The notes under the pieces: generated by a model | Told to the model about the DNA's origin: nothing | The model's input: only the letters and a program-made list of their open reading frames with translations | Databases searched by the model: none | Part shown: in pieces, positions 48,366 to 58,486 of the stretch | Layout of the letters: each line of letters starts with the position of its first letter | Numbering within the stretch: position 1 is the stretch's first letter | NCBI GenBank assembly: GCA_037443035.1 | Contig: JBBIPC010000001.1 | Span: 160,001-224,000, forward strand | Source: Chthonomonadales bacterium | GTDB lineage: Bacteria; Armatimonadota; Chthonomonadetes; Chthonomonadales; CAJBBX01 | DNA: 64,000 bases | Direction: 5' to 3' | Translations under genes and position numbers: made by a program

Positions 48366-48527
48366 CAGCCGCGACGTATCGGGGTTATCGAGTCGATCGT
48401 GCGGCCGTGCCGCATTGCCCGCGAGAAGGCGTTGGTGCGGTAAACTGGAACGGCCTGGCTGATGAGCAGGCTTGCCGTAATCGTTCTAGGGTGGGCAGGC
48501 GATTCGGCTGTCGGCATCGCTCTGGAC

Positions 48528-48557
48528 TTGAAAGGTCCGAGGAATAAGGGGTAGAAT
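48528..48557 (+). promoter_or_regulatory. Sigma70 promoter of tRNA-Ala
   Basis: TTGAAA-N18-TAGAAT, 14 nt before the tRNA. Confidence 0.7.
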
Positions 48558-48571
48558 GAGAACTGTCTCGT

Positions 48572-49388
<817 letters not shown>

Positions 49389-49430
49389 GGACCAGGGCTT
49401 TCCTGAGAAGGGTTACGAAAGGGTACGGCT

Positions 49431-50498
49431 TTGATCACGCTTGATGAGCTACTGCACTACGCCGAGGAGCGGGAGGCATCGGACCTCTTCATCCGCGCCA
49501 ACGCGCGCCCCGCACTTCGGGTCCATGGAAGGATCGTGGATACGGACTTCCCGGTGCTCTCTCCTGACGAGACGCGAGCGCTGGCCTACAGCAAGATGAC
49601 CGGTCGTCAGATAGAAGAGTTCGACCGTCACCATGAGATGGACCTAGCGTTCGACTTGGGTGAGACCTCCAGAATTCGGTGCAGCGTGTACAAGCAGAGA
49701 GGTACTGTGGCTCTGGCGAATCGCCTGATCCCGATGCGCATACGGAGCCTCGAGGAACTCGGTATGCCGCCGACGTTGGCCGAGTTCACGAAGAGCCGCA
49801 ACGGTCTTGTGCTCGTGACAGGTCCTACGGGATCCGGCAAGTCCACCACGCTGGCGGCCATGATAGATCTCATCAACAGCAGCCGCCGGGTGAACATTGT
49901 CTCCATCGAGGATCCCATCGAGTACGTGCACAAGGACAAGATGGCCATCATCAGCCAACGCGAGGTAGGTATAGACACCGACTCCTTCCAGGAGGCTCTG
50001 AAGCGCGTCTTGCGCCAGGCTCCGGACGTGATCCTCATCGGCGAAATGCGGGACATCGAGACGATGAACGTTGCCCTGCAAGCGGCGGAAACCGGACATC
50101 TCGTATTTGCAACGGTCCACACGGCTAGCGCAGCAGAGACCCTCGACCGTCTCTCCAACATGTTCGCTCCCCACGAGCGCCCCATGCTCTGGCTGCGTCT
50201 GTCAATCTCGCTGCGCGGTGTCGTGTCGCAGAAGCTATTGCCAAGGGCAGACGGTACGGGTCGGGTAGCCGCTGTGGAGGTCATGGTGGTGACCCCGACG
50301 ATTGTCAAGATGTTGGAGGAAGGGAAGAGCGAAGACATCTACGCGCAGATACGGCAGGCGGGTCAGGAGACCTACTGGGGCATGCAGACCATGAATCAGT
50401 GCCTTCTGCGATTCGTGAAGGCCGGCGTCATTACGGCCGAGGAGGCACTGGCCGCGGCAGGTAACTACACAGAAATGCGGCAGATGCTCCGCCGGTAG
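49431..50498 (+). CDS. PilT/PilU-family type IV pilus retraction ATPase (paralogue 1, PilU-like)
   Basis: ASDL, GPTGSGKSTT, EDPIE, LRQAPDVILIGEMRD, GHLVFATVH, GMQT; AIRNLIRE replaced by TIVKMLEE. Confidence 0.92.
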   Translation: MITLDELLHYAEEREASDLFIRANARPALRVHGRIVDTDFPVLSPDETRALAYSKMTGRQIEEFDRHHEMDLAFDLGETSRIRCSVYKQRGTVALANRLIPMRIRSLEELGMPPTLAEFTKSRNGLVLVTGPTGSGKSTTLAAMIDLINSSRRVNIVSIEDPIEYVHKDKMAIISQREVGIDTDSFQEALKRVLRQAPDVILIGEMRDIETMNVALQAAETGHLVFATVHTASAAETLDRLSNMFAPHERPMLWLRLSISLRGVVSQKLLPRADGTGRVAAVEVMVVTPTIVKMLEEGKSEDIYAQIRQAGQETYWGMQTMNQCLLRFVKAGVITAEEALAAAGNYTEMRQMLRR

Positions 50499-50580
50499 GG
50501 TACCTGAGCGTGCCAACGGACAAGACCCCCCACATGCTCGGAGCTGGCACCTCAGCGCATAAGGTTGCGTAAGCGGAACC

Positions 50581-51681
50581 ATGATCCATATTGACGATCT
50601 GTTGCGCATGCTGGTGGAGAGCGAGGCCTCGGACCTTCATCTGAGGGTGGGTGAACCCCCCGTGATGCGTATCCACGGCCTTTTGAAACGGGTGCCCAAT
50701 ATGCCTCGACTGACGGACCGGGACATGTACGACATGATCTACGTGCTCCTCAACGAGGACAGGCGGTCGCGATTCGAGCAGAACATGGAATTGGACATGT
50801 CCTACGCGGTGCCAGGGCTGGCGCGCTTCCGCGTGAATCTCTTCCGGCAACAGGGCCACATCGGTGCGGTCATGAGGGTCATTCCGTATGTCATCCGAAC
50901 CATTGACGAGTTGATGATCCCTCCCATCGTGAAGGATCTCTGCATGCTGCCGCGCGGGCTCGTACTGGTGACGGGACCCACCGGATCGGGCAAGTCCACA
51001 ACTCTGGCAGCCATGATCCACCATATCAATGAGCGGAAGCCGAAGGCCATCATAACCATCGAGGACCCGATCGAGTACCTCCACACGGACAAGATGGCCT
51101 CGATCAACCAGCGGGAGATCGGCGTCGATACACATAGCTTCGCGGCGGCGCTGAAACACGTCATGCGGCAGAACCCGGACATCATCCTCGTGGGCGAGAT
51201 GCGCGACCTGGAGACGATCCATCTGGCCATTACTGCCGCTGAGACGGGACACCTCGTTTTCGCAACCCTCCACACCACGGATGCGCCGCAGACCATTGAC
51301 CGTATCGTGGATGTGTTCGAACCGGAACGACAACAGCAGATCCGAACCCAGCTTGCTGTGACCCTACAGGCCGTCATCTCGCAGACTCTGCTGCCGCGAG
51401 CCGACATGCCGGGTCGCATTGCGGCGTTCGAGATCATGGTGTGTACTCCAGCGATCCGGACCCTGATTCGGGAGAACAAGACATACCAGATGTACACGGA
51501 CATCCAGACCGGAAGCCAGTATGGTATGCAGACCCTGGACACGCACCTGCTGCAGCACGTTCTCAATGGCTACGTCCTGTTCGAGGATGCCCAGGCTAAG
51601 TCATCCAATCCCTATGAGTTCGAGGCACGCTACAAGAAGGCATTGGAGCGTCGGAGCGCAGGCGAGACACAGGTAGCTTAG
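50581..51681 (+). CDS. pilT: Type IV pilus retraction ATPase PilT (paralogue 2)
   Basis: ASDLH, GPTGSGKSTT, EDPIE, GEMRD, GHLVFATLHT, AIRTLIRE, GMQT. Confidence 0.95.
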   Translation: MIHIDDLLRMLVESEASDLHLRVGEPPVMRIHGLLKRVPNMPRLTDRDMYDMIYVLLNEDRRSRFEQNMELDMSYAVPGLARFRVNLFRQQGHIGAVMRVIPYVIRTIDELMIPPIVKDLCMLPRGLVLVTGPTGSGKSTTLAAMIHHINERKPKAIITIEDPIEYLHTDKMASINQREIGVDTHSFAAALKHVMRQNPDIILVGEMRDLETIHLAITAAETGHLVFATLHTTDAPQTIDRIVDVFEPERQQQIRTQLAVTLQAVISQTLLPRADMPGRIAAFEIMVCTPAIRTLIRENKTYQMYTDIQTGSQYGMQTLDTHLLQHVLNGYVLFEDAQAKSSNPYEFEARYKKALERRSAGETQVA

Positions 51682-51686
51682 GCACC

Positions 51687-52769
51687 ATGGTCACCATAGA
51701 CCAGCTTCTGTATACGACAGTGCATCATCAAGGCTCGGACCTGCACATCAAGGCCGACAGCCCTCCTCTTGTCCGGATTCATGGCGACCTGGTTCAGCTC
51801 GAGATGGACCCGCTTACGCCGGAGGAGACGAAGGCACTGTCCTTCAGCGTGCTCAACGAGGCGCAACGGGCACGGTTCGAAGATGAGCTGGAGCTCGACT
51901 TCGCTTACGAGATACCGGGGTTGGCTCGGTTCAGGGGGAATATCTACCAGCAGAAGGGAGCGGTGCAGTCGGCTTTCCGCGTGATCCCGCTCCGAATACA
52001 GACGATGGAAGAGCTGGGGTTGCCCGCCGTGTGCCAGTACTTTGCCGAGAGGCCGCGCGGGCTGGTGCTCGTCACTGGCCCGGCCGGCTCAGGTAAGTCA
52101 ACAACGCAGGCGGCGATGATTGACTATATCAACAACAACTATCCAGTTCATGTCGTGACGGTCGAAGATCCCATCGAGTTCATTCACGAAGACCGCCAAG
52201 CGCTCATCAACCAGCGGGAACTGGACACGGACACGCTCTCGTTCGCGAATGCGCTGAAGTTCGTCCTGCGGCAGGATCCCGATGTTATCCTCATCGGCGA
52301 GATGCGAGACCTCGAGACCATCCATCTCGCCATCACTGCGGCAGAGACAGGGCACCTGGTCTTCGGCACCCTACATACAACCGACGCCGTCCAGACAGTC
52401 GACAGGGTCATCGATGTGTTTCCCACGTACCAGCAGCAACAGGTCCGTATGCAGCTTGCGGTGAACCTGATAGGGGTCATTTCACAGACTCTGATCAAGA
52501 GGGCAGACGGACAGGGGCGTGTGGCGGCCTTCGAGACTCTGGTCGCCATTTCGGCGGTGCGGAATCTCATACGCGAGAACAAGACATATCAGATAGGCTC
52601 GCTCATCCAGACGGGCCAGCGTCATGGCATGATGTCGCTGGACCAGTCGCTGGCGGACCTAGTTCATCGGCGCCTCGTAACGTACCAGGATGCCCTGGAG
52701 AAGGCGTCCAACCCCAAGGAGTTCAAGGCGCTGGTGGGTGTCGAGGAAGAACCCGAAGCAACCAGCTAG
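51687..52769 (+). CDS. pilT: Type IV pilus retraction ATPase PilT (paralogue 3)
   Basis: GSDLH, GPAGSGKSTT, EDPIE, GEMRD, GHLVFGTLHT, AVRNLIRE. Confidence 0.95.
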   Translation: MVTIDQLLYTTVHHQGSDLHIKADSPPLVRIHGDLVQLEMDPLTPEETKALSFSVLNEAQRARFEDELELDFAYEIPGLARFRGNIYQQKGAVQSAFRVIPLRIQTMEELGLPAVCQYFAERPRGLVLVTGPAGSGKSTTQAAMIDYINNNYPVHVVTVEDPIEFIHEDRQALINQRELDTDTLSFANALKFVLRQDPDVILIGEMRDLETIHLAITAAETGHLVFGTLHTTDAVQTVDRVIDVFPTYQQQQVRMQLAVNLIGVISQTLIKRADGQGRVAAFETLVAISAVRNLIRENKTYQIGSLIQTGQRHGMMSLDQSLADLVHRRLVTYQDALEKASNPKEFKALVGVEEEPEATS

Positions 52770-53524
52770 CGGCAACACGAGGAGCAGGGCGGCAGGTCTC
52801 CTGCTTCGAGTGCCGCCGTGAGGATTGCGTCTCGGTTCTCGACGAGAAAACGAGACATGATCTCGCTCACGCGCCCATGCTGAGGCTCATCCCTCGAGAG
52901 ACCTGTGCCGAGATTGGTGACGCATGCGAGCGCAGCGTAGCATAAGCCGCTCTGGCGCGCAGCAACCACCTCGCTCACGCCCGTCATGCCAACGATGTCA
53001 GCTCCCCATTGCCGATAGAGCCGTACTTCAGCCGGTGTCTCATAGCGCGGTCCTGCGGCCTGAAGATATATGCCCGCAGTGTACACGCACGGCCCAGGCG
53101 CGAACTTCGATACCAGGATACGGCGGACCTGAGGACAGTACGCCTCGGCAAAGCTCTGGTGAACCGGGCCATGGGCGGTGCGCCTGTATCCGTCCACAGA
53201 CGGGAGCTCTCGCGCACCAACGAAGTCATCCGGAATGACTGTAGCTGCAACCGGTAAGTCCGCCCTCAACGCGCCCACTGCTGACAGCCCGACAATAGCT
53301 GTCACACCCAGGGAACGGAGCGCCTCCATGTGAGACCCGTGCCCGATCTCATGGGGTGCGCAGGCATGGGTCGGTCCATGCCGTGGGAGCACCAGGACGC
53401 TTCGGCGCTCATAGTGGACCCTGTAGAGGCCGACAGGATGCGTTGACGTACGGATACGAAGCTCTTCGCGCACGAGACCTCGTAAGAATCCGCGGAAACC
53501 CGTGCCGACTATGACTGCCGTCAT
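52766..53524 (-). CDS. MTAP/PNP-family purine nucleoside phosphorylase
   Basis: LPRHG..H..APH, SAVGAL, GPRYETPAE, GADIVGMT, VTN. Confidence 0.88.
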   Translation of the reverse strand: MTAVIVGTGFRGFLRGLVREELRIRTSTHPVGLYRVHYERRSVLVLPRHGPTHACAPHEIGHGSHMEALRSLGVTAIVGLSAVGALRADLPVAATVIPDDFVGARELPSVDGYRRTAHGPVHQSFAEAYCPQVRRILVSKFAPGPCVYTAGIYLQAAGPRYETPAEVRLYRQWGADIVGMTGVSEVVAARQSGLCYAALACVTNLGTGLSRDEPQHGRVSEIMSRFLVENRDAILTAALEAGDLPPCSSCCR

Positions 53525-53558
53525 GCTTCCCACAACCCAATCTGCTATTCTGGGGCAT

Positions 53559-55700
53559 ATGAGCATGATCCTGCAACAACGGTGGCACCGAGGTCGGGTG
53601 CTTGGCATGGCGGCGGGCCTCGTTTTCGCATTGGCCGCGACATGGCCGCTGGCGCTTCGGGGAGGCGCTCTCTATTGGGGCGACGTTCTGCTGTACTTCT
53701 TGCCGATGCTGGAGTACGTCCAGAACGAGATAAGGGCCGGGCGCATACCCCTGTGGAACCCGTATGTCTTGAACGGTCAGCCGCTCGTGGGGAATCCTCA
53801 GGTGGCTCTTTTCTACCCGACGACGTTGGCGCTACGCCTGTTGGACGTTGACACGTTCCTCTCATTCACGGCGGTCTTTCACGTGTGGCTCGCCTGGGTC
53901 GGCACTTATCGCTATCTGAGGCTTCTTCGCCTCACTCGTGTCAGCAGCGTCCTCGGTGCTTGCACTTTCGCTGGCAGCAGCGCCTTCCTAGCGCGTATGC
54001 AATTCCCGACCATGATTCAAACAATGGCGTGGTTGCCGTGGGTGCTCTGGGCCGCGAGGCGGGTTGCTGGAAGGCCGGATGGAAGGCGGTTGTGCGCTCT
54101 CGGTGTCGTAGTAAGTCTGGCTGTGCTCGCTGGTCATCCCCAGATGGCGTATGTCGCGCTGATCCTGGCAATGGCTACAGCACTTGCGCACGCCCACCGC
54201 CGCTTAGCACCTCTGGAGTACAAGCTCAGGGTGACCTATGCAATCAGTACAAGTCTAGTGCTGGGGGCGGCGTTGTCCTGTGTCTTCTGGCTGCCGGTGG
54301 CAGAAACGGTGAGGATGTCATCACGGCAGTCTCTTTCCCTTGACATGGCGGACCGCTTCGTGCTGAGGCCAGAGCATCTATTATCGCTCGTGTGGCCGGG
54401 GTACTTCGGAGATCCTGCCAGGGGAACCTACTGGACGCAAGGCAACATGTGGGAACCGGCTCTCTATCTCGGCCTGCCGCAACTAGCTCTGGCGTTTCTG
54501 GCCATGCGACGGTGGCGGACCGACCCACGCGTTGTGTACCACTGCCTTGTGGCTGGCCTGAGTCTCTGGCTAGCATTAGGAGCTCGCGGCGGCCTCTACG
54601 CTCTAGCGTACTACGTCATACCGGGTATGTCCGGTTTCCACGATCCGGCCCGCTTCTGCGTACCGGCTTCGCTTGCCGTCGCCTGTCTCTCGGCCCTCGG
54701 ATTGGAGCACGCCTCAGTACGCTGGCCACGCATGAGAGCGTGGGGAGCTGTGGCGTTCTGTGTGGTTGTTGCTCTTCTCTGGACTTCCCGCCTGACACCC
54801 GTCATCGCCGCATCGGAGTTGAGGTACCGCGCGCGACTGGCCGCCATTGGAGAAGGGCACCGTGTGTACTCGCCCATGCGGCAAGAGCAGTGGTACCGGT
54901 ACGTGAACTACGCCGACTACGGTGCTGGTACAGGGCGGTACGTTCACGAGCTGACAGACACGGTGTCGCCGAACATCGGCATGCGATACGATATCGTGGA
55001 AGCAGGTGGCTACGAACCAGTTCCCATCGCTCTTGCGACGGAGCTCGAAGGGACCGTGCGAACCGCGTTGAGGTCCAAGACGCCACTCCTGGAACCACTC
55101 CTGAGCCTTGTAGACGCGAGGCTCGTACTCGTTCCGAATGGCTATCGTTACGTATACCCTTGTCTGACGCCGGTCCCGATACTTGGCAACCGGGTGTACC
55201 GGACTCGGACAGCCATCTCTCGAGCTTGGTTCGTCGAGGGTGTCAGACATATCCCCGATACGTCACGAGCGCTCGTAGCCATGTCTCGAGCAGGATTCAG
55301 CGAGCGCAGAGAAGCGATCGTACACACCAGGTCTGACTTCGTGTTCGAGCGAAGTCCGCGAGGGATGCCAGAACGCGTCACGGTCACGCTGTCGCCTGGT
55401 ACCATGACACTTCGGTTCGCGCCTGAACCGCTTCCACGCTTTCTCGTCGTGTCCTCTACATGGATGCCAGGCTGGCGTGGGACGGCAAGAGGCCGGTCTC
55501 TTCGCGTGGAGCGGTGCAACGTGTCTCTCATGGGTGTCGTGGTACCACGTGATGTGGGCCAAGTTAGGCTGGCTTACCGGCCTGCGGTCTTCCTGGTTGG
55601 ATTGTACGTCACCATGTGCACCCTCATGTGCCTGCTCGTGGCAGCGTTCAGCCGTATCCTCCTCGCTGTCCGCACGCAGCCAACTTGCGGGGTAAACTAG
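53559..55700 (+). CDS. YfhO-family membrane protein (GT-C-like)
   Basis: G.IPLWNPY...GQP..GNPQ...FYP, AWLPW, LAGHPQ, YLG, PARF, W.PGW, C-terminal Y.P + TM. Confidence 0.85.
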   Translation: MSMILQQRWHRGRVLGMAAGLVFALAATWPLALRGGALYWGDVLLYFLPMLEYVQNEIRAGRIPLWNPYVLNGQPLVGNPQVALFYPTTLALRLLDVDTFLSFTAVFHVWLAWVGTYRYLRLLRLTRVSSVLGACTFAGSSAFLARMQFPTMIQTMAWLPWVLWAARRVAGRPDGRRLCALGVVVSLAVLAGHPQMAYVALILAMATALAHAHRRLAPLEYKLRVTYAISTSLVLGAALSCVFWLPVAETVRMSSRQSLSLDMADRFVLRPEHLLSLVWPGYFGDPARGTYWTQGNMWEPALYLGLPQLALAFLAMRRWRTDPRVVYHCLVAGLSLWLALGARGGLYALAYYVIPGMSGFHDPARFCVPASLAVACLSALGLEHASVRWPRMRAWGAVAFCVVVALLWTSRLTPVIAASELRYRARLAAIGEGHRVYSPMRQEQWYRYVNYADYGAGTGRYVHELTDTVSPNIGMRYDIVEAGGYEPVPIALATELEGTVRTALRSKTPLLEPLLSLVDARLVLVPNGYRYVYPCLTPVPILGNRVYRTRTAISRAWFVEGVRHIPDTSRALVAMSRAGFSERREAIVHTRSDFVFERSPRGMPERVTVTLSPGTMTLRFAPEPLPRFLVVSSTWMPGWRGTARGRSLRVERCNVSLMGVVVPRDVGQVRLAYRPAVFLVGLYVTMCTLMCLLVAAFSRILLAVRTQPTCGVN

Positions 55701-55733
55701 TGCCCATCAAGGGCGCACGGTCGAGCATCTCCA

Positions 55734-56150
55734 ATGCAAGTCGCTGAGTACCTTCGCGGTCATGTTGTAAGCGTGGAACAAGCCGCCTCGCTCGAGGAGG
55801 TAGCGCACATATTCGAGTTGTACCAGCAGCCTCTCGTGCCGCTGATTGACGACGGCGCACGATGCGTGGGCGCGATCTCGGCAAGGCGACTGGCCGCGGC
55901 CCTCGCGCGAGAGGTACCTGGACTCGAGCTGCTCGACAAGACAGTGCGATCGGTTGCCGATGACAAGACTGTCATGTGTGCTCCCGAGGACCAGGTTGTA
56001 GACGTAATGCGGAATATGCAGGCCGAGGACGTTCCTGCGGCGGTCGTGGTTCGGGATGGACTTGTAGTCGGTCTTCTGGGCTGGCCAGAGGTGGTAGCTG
56101 CGCTGGCGGAATCTTGCCGTGGCGTGGCGCCGTCTGCTGCCATGCCGTAG
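55734..56150 (+). CDS. CBS-domain pair protein
   Basis: Two degenerate CBS repeats (LVPLIDD...VGAIS; VVVRDG.VVGLL). Confidence 0.7.
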   Translation: MQVAEYLRGHVVSVEQAASLEEVAHIFELYQQPLVPLIDDGARCVGAISARRLAAALAREVPGLELLDKTVRSVADDKTVMCAPEDQVVDVMRNMQAEDVPAAVVVRDGLVVGLLGWPEVVAALAESCRGVAPSAAMP

Positions 56151-56174
56151 TGGCACGTCACTTCATAACGGAGG

Positions 56175-57371
56175 ATGGTCCCTGCAATGAATTCCAAGCG
56201 CTTGACGCGCGTTTCTGGAGTGGCACTTGCTATCGTCGCTTGTACGCTCGTTGGATGCAAGTCCGTGAAAAGTGGTGCGACAGCGAAACCGTCGGAGATC
56301 GTGGTGGGCGAGTACGCGTCTTTGACTGGCACGACTGCCACATTCGGCACGTCGACTCATCGCGGTGTACAGATGGCTATTGACGACGCCAACGCAGCAG
56401 GCGGAGTGAATGGCGTGCCTCTACGGCTTGTGACCGAAGACGATGCGAGCAAGCCGGACGTAGCGAGAACAGTGGTTACCAGGCTCATCACTCAGGACAA
56501 GGTCATCGCCGTGCTTGGCGAGGTTGCCAGCACGCGGTCCATGGCAGCAGCGCCTGTGTGCGAGCAATATAAGGTCCCCATGATAACCCCGTCCTCGACG
56601 AATCCAGAGGTGACGCGCAAGGGGGAGTACATTTTCCGCGTGTGCTTCACGGACGACTTTCAGGCCGCGGTTGTGGCGCATTTCGCCGCGGATCAGGGAT
56701 ACAAGCGGGCGGCCATTTTCAAGGACATCAAGAACGACTACAGCGTAGCCTTCGCCGCGAACTTCGCCGCCGAACTGAAGAAGCTGGGAGGCCAGATCGT
56801 GGCTGAGCAGGTGTTTCAAGAAGGGGACACGGATTTCAAGGCCCAACTCACAAGTCTGAAGGCTGCGAATCCTGACGCCGTCTTGGTGCCGGGTTACTAC
56901 AGTGAGGTAGGCACGATCGCCCGGCAGGCACGCGAAGTCGGATTGACGGTTCCCCTTCTTGGAGGCGACGGTTGGGATTCGCCGCGCCTCATTCCTGGCG
57001 CAGGAGGGCCGGGTGGTGCGCTGGAGGGTTGCTTCTTCAGCAATCACTACTTCTCCACCGAACTCAAGGAGAAGGCGACTCAGGACTTTATCGCTGCCTT
57101 CCGGAAGAGATACAGCACCTCGCCCGACGCTCTAGCTGCCCTGGGATACGACGCAGCGCGGCTACTCGTCGATGCGATGAAGCGATGTCCCAAGCTGGAT
57201 GCGAAGTCGCTTCGTGACGCCATTGCTTCCACCAAGGACTTTCCTGGTGTGACAGGCAAGATCACGCTGGACATGAACCGGAATGCTCGCAAGGCTGCTC
57301 TCATCCTACAGGTCAAGGGAGACCGTTTCACGGTCTTCAGGTCCTATACACCGGAGCAGATCGGGCAATAA
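56175..57371 (+). CDS. livJ: Branched-chain amino acid ABC transporter substrate-binding lipoprotein
   Basis: Lipobox LVGC; SLTG..A.FG, EDDAS, PSSTNP, FRVCFTD..Q, GGDGWD, GYDA, GVTG. Confidence 0.92.
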   Translation: MVPAMNSKRLTRVSGVALAIVACTLVGCKSVKSGATAKPSEIVVGEYASLTGTTATFGTSTHRGVQMAIDDANAAGGVNGVPLRLVTEDDASKPDVARTVVTRLITQDKVIAVLGEVASTRSMAAAPVCEQYKVPMITPSSTNPEVTRKGEYIFRVCFTDDFQAAVVAHFAADQGYKRAAIFKDIKNDYSVAFAANFAAELKKLGGQIVAEQVFQEGDTDFKAQLTSLKAANPDAVLVPGYYSEVGTIARQAREVGLTVPLLGGDGWDSPRLIPGAGGPGGALEGCFFSNHYFSTELKEKATQDFIAAFRKRYSTSPDALAALGYDAARLLVDAMKRCPKLDAKSLRDAIASTKDFPGVTGKITLDMNRNARKAALILQVKGDRFTVFRSYTPEQIGQ

Positions 57372-57373
57372 GG

Positions 57374-58483
57374 GTGCAGGCGTTCCTCCAGCAGGTGATT
57401 TTCGGCATTCAGCTCGGCAGCTTGTATGCCCTCATCGCCCTGGGGTACACGCTGGTCTACGGAGTGCTGCGTCTCATCAACTTCGCGCATGGCGATGTGT
57501 TCATGGTGGGCGCCGTAGTCTGTTACTATGCCTGCACTCGCTGGCTACCGTTCCGCAACCTCGAGGCGTATCCTGACGCGGCACTTGCCAACGTCGGTCT
57601 CGCACTCGGCGTGCTACTCCTGGCCATGGCTGTGTGCGCAGTACTCGGCATGGCCATCGAGAGGTTCGCGTATCGGCCCCTACGGAATGGTCTGCAGACC
57701 GTAGATGCCCACTTCTGGGGCATGGTGGCGGCACTCCCTGTTGCTATCGGCGCGCCCTTGCCGGGTCTTCCGGTCCGTGCAGTGGTATGGCTTGCGCTTG
57801 GCGTCGTGTTCGGCTTTCTTCTTCGGCCCGTTGTCTCTCGGCTGGCCCGGCGGACGGTTCGGAGCTCATCTCGACTGAACGCTTTGATCACGGCCATCGG
57901 TGTGTCGTTCGTGCTGGAGTATGGGGGTCTGCTGGTGTTCGGTGCCGACCCGAACTTCGTTCCGACGGTTGTTCCGGAGCGCACATTCGAGATTCCAGGC
58001 GGCATACGAGTAGGAACACCGCAGATGGCGATTCTGTGCATTTCTCTCTTGCTGATGGCCATGTTGCGTTGGATCGTCCTGCACACGCGTCGTGGTAAGG
58101 CCATGCGCGCGATTGCGTTCGATATCGAAGCGGCGAAGCTCATGGGTATCAACACAGACAGCGTGATAGCCTTCACCTTCGCCCTCGGTGGAGCGCTCGC
58201 CGGTGCGGGCGGGGCCCTTGTGGCCGCGCTCACACACGTGAAGATCACCCCGTTGTTCGGCCTGCTGCCTGGGATCAAGGCGTTTGTGGCCGCGGTGCTT
58301 GGTGGACCCGGCTCCATCCCTGGCGCTGTCTTGGGAGGCCTTCTCATGGGCCTGGCTGAGGCATTCGTCGCAGGATCGCAGTTCTCAGCATACCGAGACG
58401 CGATCGCCTTCTGCATACTCATCATTTTGCTCCTGGCACGACCAACGGGCCTTCTTGGGCAGCCGGTGACCGAGAAGGTGTGA
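57374..58483 (+). CDS. livH: Branched-chain amino acid ABC permease (with ~60-aa insertion)
   Basis: GSLYALIALGYTLVYG.LRLINFAHG, GKAMRA, KAFVAAVLGG. Confidence 0.95.
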   Translation: MQAFLQQVIFGIQLGSLYALIALGYTLVYGVLRLINFAHGDVFMVGAVVCYYACTRWLPFRNLEAYPDAALANVGLALGVLLLAMAVCAVLGMAIERFAYRPLRNGLQTVDAHFWGMVAALPVAIGAPLPGLPVRAVVWLALGVVFGFLLRPVVSRLARRTVRSSSRLNALITAIGVSFVLEYGGLLVFGADPNFVPTVVPERTFEIPGGIRVGTPQMAILCISLLLMAMLRWIVLHTRRGKAMRAIAFDIEAAKLMGINTDSVIAFTFALGGALAGAGGALVAALTHVKITPLFGLLPGIKAFVAAVLGGPGSIPGAVLGGLLMGLAEAFVAGSQFSAYRDAIAFCILIILLLARPTGLLGQPVTEKV

Positions 58484-58486
58484 GCC

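Noticed and set aside
48459..48480. Hammerhead ribozyme (CTGATGA followed by a short stem)
   Set aside because: The stem is followed by CGTAA instead of the required GAAA, and stems I/III could not be built
49790..52400. Repeated nucleotide blocks as a repeat element
   Set aside because: They are conserved coding motifs shared by the three pilT paralogues
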